The notes under the pieces are model-generated. The model was not told where the DNA came from. It worked only from the letters and a program-made list of their open reading frames with translations, and searched no databases. A program made the position numbers and the translations under genes. From positions 7,378,001-7,442,000 of the forward strand of contig OX597838.1 of the NCBI GenBank assembly GCA_951406725.2: 64,000 nt of DNA, given 5' to 3'. Positions 1 to 12,700 of the stretch are shown in pieces; the first letter of the stretch is position 1; each line of letters begins with the position of its first letter. The DNA comes from Octopus vulgaris. Its lineage: Eukaryota.

Positions 1-240
1 TCAGCTTCCTTCTGACTATTCGTTCCATGACCTTGCTGATGTGTGAGGTCAGAGAGATAGGTCTATAGTTCTTGGCTTCCGCTCTGCTACCTCCTTTATG
101 AATGGGGCATATTTTACCTTCCTTCAGTTTTCCTGGAAGTTTGCCAGCTGTAAGGAAGCTCTGAAAGAGGAACTGCTGTGGTCTTGCTAGGACTCTCTTA
201 CATGCTTTTAGGAGGATTGCCGGGAATCCATCGGGGCCAG
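1..240 (-). mobile_element. 5'-truncated CR1/L2-type LINE reverse transcriptase fragment, continuing off the left edge of the window
   Basis: Manual minus-strand translation gives an open frame GPDGFPAILLKACKRVLARP...ICPIHKGGSRAEAKNYRPISLTSHISKVMERIVRRKL. These are the GPDG and NYRPISLTS motifs of non-LTR RT domains 0-1. Confidence 0.85.
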
Positions 241-246
241 TATATG

Positions 247-311
<65 letters not shown>

Positions 312-995
312 ATATATAATGTATATATACGCGTGTGTGTGTGTGTGTGTGTCTAAATTAGGTGGGATGGTACCAGTGCCCATGGCGCGGCTGTCTTGTG
401 AATTTTTTGACAGTTCATTATAGACGGTGAGTAATAACGAGCGACAAAAATAGGGAAATGAAAATAACATTTTTATTACGGTAAACTAGCTAAAAGACAT
501 GATGCTCTGCACAGAAAACAACATCTTTCTATATCCATATATATATATATATATATGCGTGTGTGTGTGTGTGGGTATGTGTATGCATGTATGTATATAT
601 ATATATATATATATAAATATGTATATACGTTCACATATATACAGGGATATACAAACACATATACATGTATATTTATATATATATATATATATATGTGTGT
701 GTGCGTGTGTATATGTACAGAATCATATGTATGTATATACACATATATATGTGTAAGTATATGTGGACATATGTATATATACGTATACATATATATATGA
801 GTATGTATATATATATATATGCTTACGTACATATATGATATGAATATGTATATATGTGTATATATATATACATATACATATATATATATATACACATATA
901 TATATATATGTATATATGTATGTATATGTATGTATATGTATGTATATGTTTATATATGTATGTATATGTATGTATATGTTTATATATGTATATCC
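241..995. repeat. (TA)n/(TG)n/(TATG)n microsatellite cluster
   Basis: Dinucleotide repeats are directly visible and explain the YIYI/CVCV pseudo-ORFs. Confidence 0.9.
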
Positions 996-1135
996 ATAAA
1001 ATAGATCTATAAGGATGTCAAACTTAATAGATGTATCAATTTGTTTTTTTTTGTGTGTATAAATCGCTACATGAAAATGGACTGGATTTATATTTCTTTA
1101 TTTTTGCTACTATTGGTATTAGTGTTACTGTTCGT

Positions 1136-1177
1136 GTTGTCGTTGTTGTTGTTATTATTATTACTATTATTATTATA

Positions 1178-1254
<77 letters not shown>

Positions 1255-1305
1255 CATTATTATTATTATTATTTTCGTTGTTGTTATTTTTGTTATCATT
1301 ATTAT
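1136..1305. repeat. (GTT)n/(ATT)n microsatellite
   Basis: Directly visible trinucleotide repeat. Confidence 0.95.
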
Positions 1306-2029
1306 TGGATATTGAATACTTTGGCCGGCGAATATACATCATGGCTTCCTCCGCCGAGACAGACGCTGTCTCGTAATGCTTTTAGAGTGAAACGACAGGA
1401 CGTTAAAGTAATTATCATTTATCATACTCACATAGACGTGATTGCAAATACTCTTCCGAATAAATTCTAGACATTATTTTTACGAATAGTATCATCAACA
1501 TCGACATTATTGTGACATTGGCTGAAAAGTGGACGTGATATTTTACGCCTCTTGTAACGAACATCATTGCTCATTTTCTTTCATTTTCTTTTTTTTCTTT
1601 TTCTTTTTCTAAGATCTCACCAATCCACTTCGCAGCATCTCAGAGCATTAATTCTCTTTGGAGTTGTAATAGCTATTTGATACGATGTTATGGATGCGAT
1701 CTAGGCCAGCAGATCGAGCGTGCGAGTTGTTTGTTAGTTTTTCTGTTGTTCTGGATATAGTTCTTCGTTTTAAAATCGTACAGGCAATCAAAGAAAGTTG
1801 ATAAATTCATATTCTTCTGAGATTTTCATGAAGCTTTACAAAATAGTTCATAAATCATTCTATATGTATGTAATGTTCAGAAGAGTACAAGATTAGGACT
1901 AAAACTGCCTTCGCGATCAATTGATCGACCTGACAATGTAAATTCCATCGTTTTATGTTCCTAAAGATAACACCCCTATAGGTAGGGTAGCAGGCCAAAA
2001 TTCCTCTTTATTCTGAAGCTTAGTTCTTC

Positions 2030-2145
2030 TCGGAGACACCCATTCACAGCTGAATACACTGCAAAAAAAAAATGAAGCAAAGTGTTTTGCTGAAGAACCA
2101 ACGCGCCGACTACACCGCGAGTCCAAAACACTAAACACTAGACTT
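2030..2145 (-). mobile_element. Degenerate SINE fragment, possibly related to the 39.9-40.3 kb family
   Basis: The minus strand reads cagcaaaacactt...gtgtattcagctgtgaatggg, resembling gagcaagacactt...gtgcattcagctggtaaaaatg in the 40 kb SINE. Confidence 0.35.
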
Positions 2146-2472
2146 GTGTTTCCTAACCTGTTGTCAGTGGACCCCTGGTGCTCGCGAATGTAATATTGTG
2201 GGGTCCGTGAACAATTCGACTTTATTTCTCTTATTTTCGGACATAGATTATGCACACGACACAAATACACATACCATGCACACTCACTTATAAGAATTTT
2301 ACTCCAAAGACAGCAAAGAAAATAAAAACAAGATTGCCTTCTCTATATCACTTCCGTTCTTATACATGACTACCCCGATGCTGTTCAATATCTGATGGAA
2401 AATCCAGGCTTCTGGTTGCAAAATGGTTCTTTCGCTGTTGGTGAGAAATGAGAAAAATAAACCGGAACACAC

Positions 2473-2524
<52 letters not shown>

Positions 2525-2636
2525 ATACATATGTATATATATATATATAAACATACATATAGATATATATATATATATACATATATATATGTATATACAT
2601 ATGTATATATATATATAAACATACATATAGATATAT

Positions 2637-2684
<48 letters not shown>

Positions 2685-3791
2685 GTACACGCATATATCC
2701 ATACGCATATACACACAAATACATGCATGTGTGTATACGCACATATACATATCTACATAAAAGCATACTTATATATTGCTCTATCTCTGTATATATATAT
2801 ATATATGTGTGAATGTGTGTGTATCGACATATATATACACATACTTTTACACATCTTTACGTATGAGTGCGTATGTGTCTTTGTACACATGTATACATAT
2901 GCATATATATAAACATATACATGCCCACACACACACGCACATATATATACACATATTATACACAGACACACACACATTAATACATAGACACACTTACACA
3001 GACACTTACACACACACACACACATACACACGTATATATATATATGCATGTACACATATACGAATGCTGATTTCCGAAGCTTGGAGGAAAACGAAAGTGA
3101 AATTAAATTTAATAAATATTAATAAAATTGATATGCTCGGAGCAATTGTAAAAACAGTTACCATAGTAACAAACATTCATTTTCATTAAACTCGCAAAAA
3201 TACTTTACAACCTTTCCAAACACTGTATTATCATACGTCACGTGATACAGGAAGTCATATGCGATGTTGTTTTATTTTGGAAGTGGATTTTTATGTGCCT
3301 GCATGCAAATGTAATACTGTGAGAGTGTGAGTGTGTGAGGGAGAGAAAGAAAGAGAGAGAGAGAGAAGAAACAGACAGACAGAGTGGGAGAGAAAGGGAC
3401 AGTGTATGTATGTGTGTGTGCTTTGTATAGCAACATGCAAGTATGTGTCATTGTATATATATATATGATAGTGTGTGGTATTGTATGTGTTACTATATCT
3501 GTGTAACGGTTAACTGTGAATGCAGTTCAGTATACACGAGTTTTCATTCTTAAATTTAAATTCCTAAAGAACTCATAGACGTTCACATCCATCGATACAT
3601 ATGCATACATTCACATGCATACTTAAACACATTCACACACACACATACACGTACATTTTTGCGTAAGTTTTCTTCTAAGAACAATCAACCAGATGATTTC
3701 TTTAGGACAGTTTATCAACCGAATGAATGCACGCATCCAACTAACAAACATATACCTTCATATATACATGAAAACATACATACATATACAT

Positions 3792-3826
<35 letters not shown>

Positions 3827-3836
3827 CATATATACA

Positions 3837-3878
<42 letters not shown>

Positions 3879-3948
3879 AATATATAATAATAAATATTAG
3901 GGAATAAATCCAAATTTACAAGGAAAAAATCAGATTTATATATATATG

Positions 3949-4236
3949 TGGAGGGGCAATGGCCCAGTGGTGAGGGCAGCGGCCTCGCGGTCGTAGGATC
4001 GCGGTTTCGATTCCCAGACCGGGCGTTGTGAGTGTTTATTAAGCGAAAACACCTAAAAGCTCCACGAGGGCCCGGCAGGCGAGGTGGTCCATGCGGCACT
4101 CTTTCGCCACAACTTTCTCCCACTCCTTCGTCTGTTGGCCTGCTCACTTTGCCAGCGGGATGGCGTCATTCAAAGGGTAAAACAATTGTGACCAGCGATG
4201 TGTAACTACATCTGATGGACTGGTCGGTCACGTGAT
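3949..4236 (+). mobile_element. tRNA-derived SINE, family C, tail type 1
   Basis: A-box-like TGGCCCAGTGG and B-box-like GGTTTCGATTCC in a tRNA-like head. The head and body are shared with the copy at 59140-59476 and the tail with 63390-63508. Confidence 0.85.
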
Positions 4237-4379
4237 ATATATATACACATATGTGAATGTGTGTATGTATGCATGTATCTATGTATGTATATATGTATGC
4301 ATGTATATGTATGTATGTATTGACCACTAGATTCAAAGGTTTTATTTTTAATTCTCTCTCTGTTTACTTCTTCGTGTTC

Positions 4380-4415
4380 CTTTCTGCTGAAGAGAGTAGG
4401 CTCGAAACGTAAAAG
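4380..4415 (+). ncRNA. Degenerate minimal hammerhead-ribozyme-like motif (Penelope-like repeat context)
   Basis: CTTT-CTGCTGA-AGAG agtagg CTC-GAAACGTA-AAAG, giving stem I CTTT/AAAG, stem II GAG/CTC, then GAAA and palindromic ACGT. Confidence 0.4.
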
Positions 4416-4749
4416 ATTTTCTCACCTCCCTGAACGCTAGCGGTTTGTTTGTTAGTATTTTTGACCTCTCTTCTGGCAGATTTTAGCCATTTCTCACTCT
4501 TTTACGAAGGTCGATTAACACCAAAATACCAAACTATTTTCCTAGATGAAGATTTTTTAAATACTGTGGTATTCACGCAGGTTTTAGGGGTAAAGATGCG
4601 GTAGTGGCAGTCGTGGTTGTTGTGGTTGTGGTGGTAGTGGTGATGGCACTGGCGGTAGTGTAAATGGTGATGAAGGCTGTCGTACTACTAACATTAGTTG
4701 TAGGAGTGCAAATATTAGTAATGGTATGTGTAGAGAGTAGTAATATTAA

Positions 4750-4750
4750 A

Positions 4751-4792
<42 letters not shown>

Positions 4793-4906
4793 CAATAGTA
4801 GTAGTAGTAATGGTGGTGGTGATGGTTGCGATCATGGTGGTGATGTTGGTGGTGGCGTTAGTAGTAGTGTTGGTGCTGGTGATGATGGTGGTAATGGAGC
4901 TTGTAA

Positions 4907-4963
<57 letters not shown>

Positions 4964-5000
4964 GGATGATAGTGATGGTGGTGGTGGTGGTGGTGGTGGT
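4750..5000. repeat. (TAG)n/(GGT)n trinucleotide tract
   Basis: Directly visible. Confidence 0.9.
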
Positions 5001-5356
5001 CGCAGCGGTGGTAATAGTGGTGCCAGTGCAAAAAAAAATATCCCCCGTCATTGACGGATCGGGGGATTGGGATGTGGACGGTGGGGGGAAAGGGTAGTGC
5101 GATGTGGGTGGTTGGGTGGGGGGTAGCCGTTGTGACGGCCTCGTTGCTCTGAAGCAGAGGTTCTCTGGCGGTGATTTTCATGAAACAGTCAAACAATGTT
5201 TAACTGATGGTGGATAATGATGATGATGATGATGATGATGGCAGATCCCCCGTCCCCCCCACCGCGCTCTAAATCCAACCACACACACACACACACACAC
5301 ATCATTGATGTCCATTTTTAGACTTGGCACTTAGCAGATTAAACAAAACAAACAAT

Positions 5357-5395
<39 letters not shown>

Positions 5396-5599
5396 TATAT
5401 ATATATATATATATGTATAAAGTAGAATCAATAATAAAATTTTAAAACAATTTTACTTTATTTTGTTTTTAAATAAAAAAAAAAAAAAAACACAATACAA
5501 ACAAACCGACATCTTGCTCATCCACATATCCCGCTCCCCCTCCCCGTCACCAACCAACGTCCCGCACAACAATTTGCATTTTAATCATTATCGTTTACA

Positions 5600-5885
5600 C
5601 GATAATGCACTTGTTGTTGTTGTTGTTGCTCTTGTCATTTTGTTGTTCTTGCGTTTGTTATTCGTGATGACCCTGGTGATAATGATGATGATGATCATCA
5701 TGGTAGTAGTGATGATGATGATGATGATGATCATGGGGATGATTACGATGGTGATAATGATGATGATGATGATCATGATGATCATGATGATGAGGCTGAT
5801 GATGATGATGATAGTGGTGGTGGTGGTGGAGGAGGAGAAGGTGAAGGAGGGGGAGACCGAATTGGTGTTAGTGGTGATGATGATA

Positions 5886-5917
<32 letters not shown>

Positions 5918-6027
5918 GAGGAGGAGGAGGATGACGATGATGGTGATGATGATCATGCTTTTTGCTGATGATGTTGTCAATGTTATTTTCTGTGTTCTAT
6001 TGTTCTTTTATTCTTTTCTTTATAGTC

Positions 6028-6062
<35 letters not shown>

Positions 6063-6093
6063 GCCCAGTTCATTTTTGGGTTCAAAATCTCAT

Positions 6094-6124
<31 letters not shown>

Positions 6125-6745
6125 TAAACGTCGAATTTTTCTTTCTCTTCATGTTTTTGTTTATTTTGTTATTTGAATTGTTAAATGGTCATTTTTTCGT
6201 TGTTGTTGTTGTTGTTCTTGTTGATGTTGGTATGTGTTCAATTGTTGTTTGAGGGGGTGGGCCGATGATGGTGGGTGGTGGCGGATAACAATGCCCTTGT
6301 TTTTTTGCTCCAGTCTCTTTCCTTACTCGTATAGGCACTGATTGTGATGATGGTGATGGTGATGGTGATGGTAATGACGTTGTTACTGAAGTAGATAAGG
6401 ACGATAAGGATAATGAAGCTGATGATGATGATGATGATGATGAGGAGGAGGAGGAGGAGGAGAAGGAGGTTGTGGATGATGACCAGTGCCACCATCAACG
6501 ACGACATCATCATCATCATCATCATCATCGTCGTGATCCTCATCATTGCCGTCGTCATCGACCTCATCATCATCATTATTTATCGATCGTCGTCGTCATC
6601 GTCAGGAACACCACCACCAACGCCGTCGCCACTACCACTGTCCACGCCACAACCACCATCATCACCGTTATCGACAACATCATCACCATCACCATTATCA
6701 TCGTCATCATCATTAACATCGTCGTCATCATCATCATCACCATCG

Positions 6746-6812
<67 letters not shown>

Positions 6813-6859
6813 TATCATCATCATCATCGTCATCATCATCATTATCATCATCACCATCG

Positions 6860-6890
<31 letters not shown>

Positions 6891-6907
6891 TATCATCATC
6901 ACCATCG

Positions 6908-6938
<31 letters not shown>

Positions 6939-6985
6939 TATCATCATCACCATCGTCATCATCATCATTATCATCATCACCATCG

Positions 6986-7071
<86 letters not shown>

Positions 7072-7077
7072 AGCATT

Positions 7078-7118
<41 letters not shown>

Positions 7119-8708
7119 ATTCACCCTGAAGAAAATGGCGATAGAGAAGGCGGCGTAATGTTGTTGATGATGTTGTTGATGGTCGGCGGTGTTGACGAAC
7201 ACGTCCTCGATATTTTTGTTTATTTTTTTTTGTTTATTTTTTTGTGGTGATGATGAGGACGATGGTGGAACTCCTGTCATTCGTGATGGTCATCAAGATT
7301 GCGGTAATGGTTGTGAGGGTGGTGCGGCTGGCGATGCTGGCGGTGGTGATGAGGAACGAGTTGGTTTTGACGGTAAGTGAATGAAGAGTGTTGCGTTGAA
7401 GTGAATGAGGAGTGTGGCGGTGGTGCAGGGGATGGTGTTGAAATGGTTTGATGGGGTGGAGTTGGAGCAGATGGTGGTGGTAGTGGTGGTGGTGGTGGTC
7501 GTCGTCGTAGTGGTCATGACAGTCGCGCTGCAGACAGTTATGATGGTCTTCATGAGACTTGTGGTGATGGTGATGGTGTGTGTGTGTTTGTATGTGTGTG
7601 TGTGTGTATGTGTGTGTGTATGTGTGTGTGTGTGTGTATGTGTGTGTTTGTGTGTGTGTGTTGTAACGCCGAGTGATTTGGGTGAAATGGGAAGGTTTGC
7701 GAAGGCAATGGTGGTTTTGGTGAAGGTTAATGACTCAGTCACCTTTGATATGATAAGGAAGAGGAGGGAGAGGAGGTGGGAGAGGAATATGAGGTGGAAG
7801 GAGGAAGGGGAGGAGGGACAGGAGGGACAGGATGCGGAGGAGGAGGAGGAGGAGGAGAGAGACGGTGATGGTAAGTGATAATTGTGGCTTTAATTATGAT
7901 CATCATTATGATCATAATGGTGGTGGTGGTGGTGGTGGTGGCGGAGGTGGTTGTGATGACGGTGGTGATGGTAATGGTGATGATGATGATGGTGAGGATG
8001 ATGATAATCACGATAATGATCCTGATGACATTGAAGATGACGATGATAGTGATGTCGATGGAGCCAATAGTCATAGGCTTGTCACCTCCCGTTCGTTTGA
8101 CCCTTTCATGGGGCGGCACCACGCCTCCAATCATTCTCGTTTGGAACTGAACCCCTCCATCTTCCCCAGTCGTTATTAGGTTCCTCACGACCCTTTTTCA
8201 ACCTGCGTGTCTTTCTTCGTCATTCTTGTAATATCCCTTCGTATAAACTCTCCAAGACATTGGATACATTTTCCTTCTAGCAGCTCCTTCTTCCCCTGCC
8301 GTCTTTTTTCCCCCCACAACGCAGCTTCTCAGTTCCCACGTTTCCAGGGTTTCTGATTCTCTCCCCCTCCCCACAAAACACGTCGTTTCCTGCTTTACAC
8401 TTTCACTCTTTTATTCTTATACATATTTCAGTCATTCAACGGCGACCATGCTGGAGCATTGCTGCTGCTAGTGACGATGCTGATAATGATGACGACGTTG
8501 ATGATGATAATGATATTGATGGTGGTCGTGGTCATGGTGATGACGGTATTGATTGTGGAGGTAGCGGTGGTGATGACGATGATGAGCGTCGCCATGGCGA
8601 TGGTGGTGCTGGTGGTCGTCGTCCTGATGGTGATGATGATGATGATGGTGCTGCTGATGATGATTATGATGACGCTAGTAATGGTGATAAGGATGCAGTT
8701 GAAGATGT

Positions 8709-8776
<68 letters not shown>

Positions 8777-8783
8777 GTGTTGT

Positions 8784-8843
<60 letters not shown>

Positions 8844-8845
8844 GT
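5600..8845. repeat. Extended mixed trinucleotide low-complexity zone: (GAT)n, (ATC)n, (GGT)n, (GAG)n, (GTT)n
   Basis: Directly visible. The longest pure tracts are (ATC)n at ~6720-7118 and (GAT)n at ~8708-8842. Confidence 0.9.
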
Positions 8846-9246
8846 GTTGGCGATGATGATTATGAATGCAGAGAATTGTTTGCTGGTGTTCTTTCTTATT
8901 CCGTTTTTGCCCAAAATGAATTAATACAAAAATGTCTGTCCGAACTGTCACTGATGGGCCAACATAACACATTCCATTAAGTAAATGGGTCTCCTCCTCC
9001 CCCACCACTCCACAGCAGCCATCATCGCCCTTCTCCACAAAACATCCTCAAATAAATAACAGTTGCAAGAGGTGAGAGGAGGAGGGAACAGCAACAGTAG
9101 ATTTCATACTTGTGTGTGTCTGTGTGTGTGTGTATATATAAGTGTGTGTGTGCGTGTGTGTGTATATGTACGTATGTATGTATGTATGTATGTATGTATG
9201 TATGTATGTCTGTCTGATGAATGTATGTATATAACTAGCTAGCTAG

Positions 9247-9282
9247 CTAGATAGATAGATAGATAGATAGACAGATATATAC

Positions 9283-9329
<47 letters not shown>

Positions 9330-9405
9330 TATAGATAGATAGATAGATAGATATATAGATAGATAGATGGGTAGATAGATAGATAGATAGATATATAGAT
9401 AGATA
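9247..9405 (+). repeat. (GATA)n microsatellite abutting the 3' end of the LINE
   Basis: Directly visible; ends at ...agatagata|actttcttttattagcc. Confidence 0.95.
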
Positions 9406-9721
9406 ACTTTCTTTTATTAGCCACACAGGGCTGAATACAGAGGGGACAAATACAAATGCAGAGCTTTTCTTTTCGAGGTTGGAAAAAAAAAAAAAAAAAA
9501 AAAAAAAAATGTAAGATTGCGATCAAAAGGGATCGAGAGGAGGAAAAAAAAGGAAAAAAAAGAAAATCGTGTATCACAGAAATAATGGTGTAAACATTGA
9601 TATAACAAGATTGGGTTCATCCGTGGGAAGAAAAGCCTACAGAAAAGACCACGGGAACCCCAGTCAGGGAGGAAATAAACACATGAGGTCAAAAATGCTC
9701 TCTTTCTTTCTTTTTTACGAT

Positions 9722-12700
9722 CTACAGGATCATGCTCAAAATGGTTTCGTTACTAGCACGCACCATCTTTGCAACATTCACCCATCTTTTTTTGAATCTT
9801 TCGCGAGACAAAACTTCCCTCTCCATTCTCACCTTCCTTTTCAAGTGGTACTTGAAAAAGTTGATGAGCGATTGGCCAGAGAGGTAAGTGTTTGTCTCTA
9901 ATCCTTTCGCTCGAGTCCACCACACACATTCTTTCACCATGGCCACCAGTACGATGAAAACTGCCTTGCCTTCCCGGTTGAGGGAAGGGGGCGGAGCAAT
10001 TCTCACGATAGACTCGGCCGATAGGCGGATTCGTCCCACACGTGACAGCAGCCGTTCGGCATAAGCCCACAGGTCGGAAATGGTTGGACATTGCACGAGT
10101 GCGTGCAGAACGGTTTCGTCGCTCTGACCGCATCTCGGGCAAGTCGGTCCAGTGTGTCTGGAACCGTGTCTGTAGAGCTTATCCCGAACAGGTAATGCTT
10201 CTCGATAGCACTGCCAGGCCAGGGATCTTTGATGATTGTTCATAGGTCCCGGCCCGAAAGTTGTCCTGAACAGGCGGGTCAGGTGTTCCTCGTCGACGCC
10301 CAGACTCTGCCCGAGTTCGTCGTCGCACCTCCCCTCCACTAATCCTCTATAGAATGCCTTTGTTGTGATGGAGTCGCACAAGTTCGATCCCGGACGGCAG
10401 AGTTGCTTGAGAGCAACGCGACACTCGCGGTGCCATTCGCCTAGCCTCGGTCTCTGCTTGATCCATGACTGTAGTTCGTCCAAGGAGACGAGCTGCGGGA
10501 AAGCGCGCCGCACAAAAGGCGACCACCCCTGTTCACCGTTGTCTATGAAGCGCCGGAGATGTCGCAGTCTCAGCGCATGTCTGCGCATCATCAACCACGG
10601 CAGGCCCAGCCCTCCATTTAGCGGGTGTTGGCAGCAAATGGATCGCCTAACCATCGGAACGTTTCCCTTCCACAAGAAGCGGAAGAGTATGCGTTCCAGT
10701 TTGGTGATGGTAGGGTCGGGACAAGGCACGACGGTCAGACGATACTCGATGACGGATGCGATGTACGCGTTCGCCACCTCCGCCCGACCTTTTAGGGATA
10801 GCTTTCTCTCAGTCCATTTCTGGGTGAGAGTAGCCACCCTAGTCGTTATCTCGCCCCAGTTCTTCTCCATTTGGAGGTCCGGACCGAACCAGACCCCGAG
10901 CAATTTAACCGGTCCGTCCGTCCAGCGTCCCACGATGGAGACGCTGTTGGACGGCATGGGCTTGCTTCTCCAGGTGCCGAGCCGCAAGCCCACTGACTTT
11001 TCCCGGTTAATTTTTGCTCCCGTTACCGCTTCGTATTCTTTCAGTGTCTCGCCGACCAGCTCGATGTGCTCGTAGCTCGACACTATGACGGTGACGTCAT
11101 CCGCGTATGCAGATACGCTCCTCCCGCATCCCAGCTCTCGTGGGATGCCCCTCAGCGTCGCCAGTTTCCGCAGTAGTGGCTCAAGAGTCAGTACATACAG
11201 CAGCGATGAGAGGGGGCATCCCTGACGAACCGAACGCATGATGTTAAAAGGTCTGGATAGATGACCATTTACGCGAACTACTGAGCGGATGCCGCTGTAT
11301 AAGGCAGCGATCCAACCGCGGAAAACTGGACCGAAACCAGCCGCTTTGAGGACAGCCTCCAAGTAGTGATGGTCTACCCTATCGAAGGCTTTTGATTGAT
11401 CCAAATTGATCAGCGCCCCACCCATGCCAGGATTTTTAACTACCCTGTCTATGATGTAGCGCATCAGATGGAGGTTGTCATGAATACTTCTACCCGGCAC
11501 GGCGCATGTTTGCGCCTTGTCGATTAGTTTCTTGATGACAAGCGCCAACCTCTCGGCTAACACCTTGGCCAAAATTTTCAAATCTGCGTTGAGCAGAGTG
11601 ATGGGCCTGAAATTATCTATGACGTCCCCCTTGTTTGGGTCTTTCTTGATCAGTGCCACTGCTCCTCGCTTTACAAAAGCAGGAATACTCCCGTTCTGCT
11701 GCCAGTTGCAGTAGACAGCTGCCAAGACGCCTCCAAACAAGTCTGGCATATGAAAATAAAATTCGTAGGGCAGACCATCCAAGCCTGGTGACTTATCTCT
11801 CGCGCAGCCTACCATCGCATCCTGTACATCCGCAGCTGTGATAGGCTTTTCACAAGACTCCACCTCCCTTGCTGAGAGTCGTGGCAAGGCATGCAGGTAG
11901 GCACTAAAGTCCACTCTGCTTTCTGACTCACCACTTGTCCCAAACAGTTGGGTGAAGTGTTGTTGAAAAACCCCACACATCCTTTTAGGCTCGAGCAATT
12001 CGCGCCCCTGTTCATCTATAAGAGACTTGATGGTGGATCTGTTGCCTCGTTGCGTCTCCACCACTCGGGCCTCTTGGGCGGCTCCAACTCCTTCGTTCCT
12101 CAGAGCACGCATCTTAGCTCTGACAACGCATCCCTCGTGTTTGGCGTTGAGGTGTTGGTCGAGGGCCAATCTCGCCGCCAGTACGTTGGACGCGATGCCA
12201 GTTCTAAGTGCCTCTTCTAAAACCTTAACTAATTCTCCCTCTATTCTATTTCGGTCTAATGCTAGGGCTCTACTGTATCTGACTGATTCTGCTTTAATCG
12301 CTTTTTTTAGGGCATACCACCATCTGTTGTTGATGATGGTACCCGTCAAAGCTCTCTTAACTAATGTGCTGATCCGGTCCCTGTAAACCTGTCGTGCTGT
12401 AAAAGACGCGTTCAGTTTCCAGTAACCAGGACCCTGCCTATGTGTCTTATCTAAGTCAAGTGTACAAGTCACAAACTTGTGATCTGTGTAACTGACTATA
12501 TGAAATTGTGGACAACCTACACTATTTTTATCTATTGTCCTACAGAATACTCTATCTAAGTATGATCTGGACGACCCGATGCGGTTACTCCATGTCCACA
12601 TTGGCACATTCGGGTGGTCCAGTCGGTACCTGTCAGACAGTTGGAAACGTCTGAGCAGGTCTTTGAGGCATTTGCATCCCCTTCTATTGCTATCTCTGCC

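Noticed and set aside
362-432. Possible micro-exon ending at GACG|GTGAGT (VGWYQCPWRGCLVNFLTVHYR)
   Set aside because: The donor is good, but there is no polypyrimidine tract at the acceptor and no recognisable homology.
6413-8188. Ser/His/Asp/Gly-rich ORFs resembling low-complexity transcription-factor exons
   Set aside because: Several frames on both strands are open simultaneously, which is typical of trinucleotide drift. I found no DNA-binding domain or supportable splice structure.
9483-9509. A-run read as the poly(A) tail of a plus-strand retroelement
   Set aside because: It lies inside the 3' UTR of the minus-strand LINE, whose AATAAA and SINE-matching end are further left.
10365-12386. 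Plus-strand ORFs of 60-236 aa overlapping ORF2
   Set aside because: These are antisense shadows of a GC-rich coding strand with no motifs.
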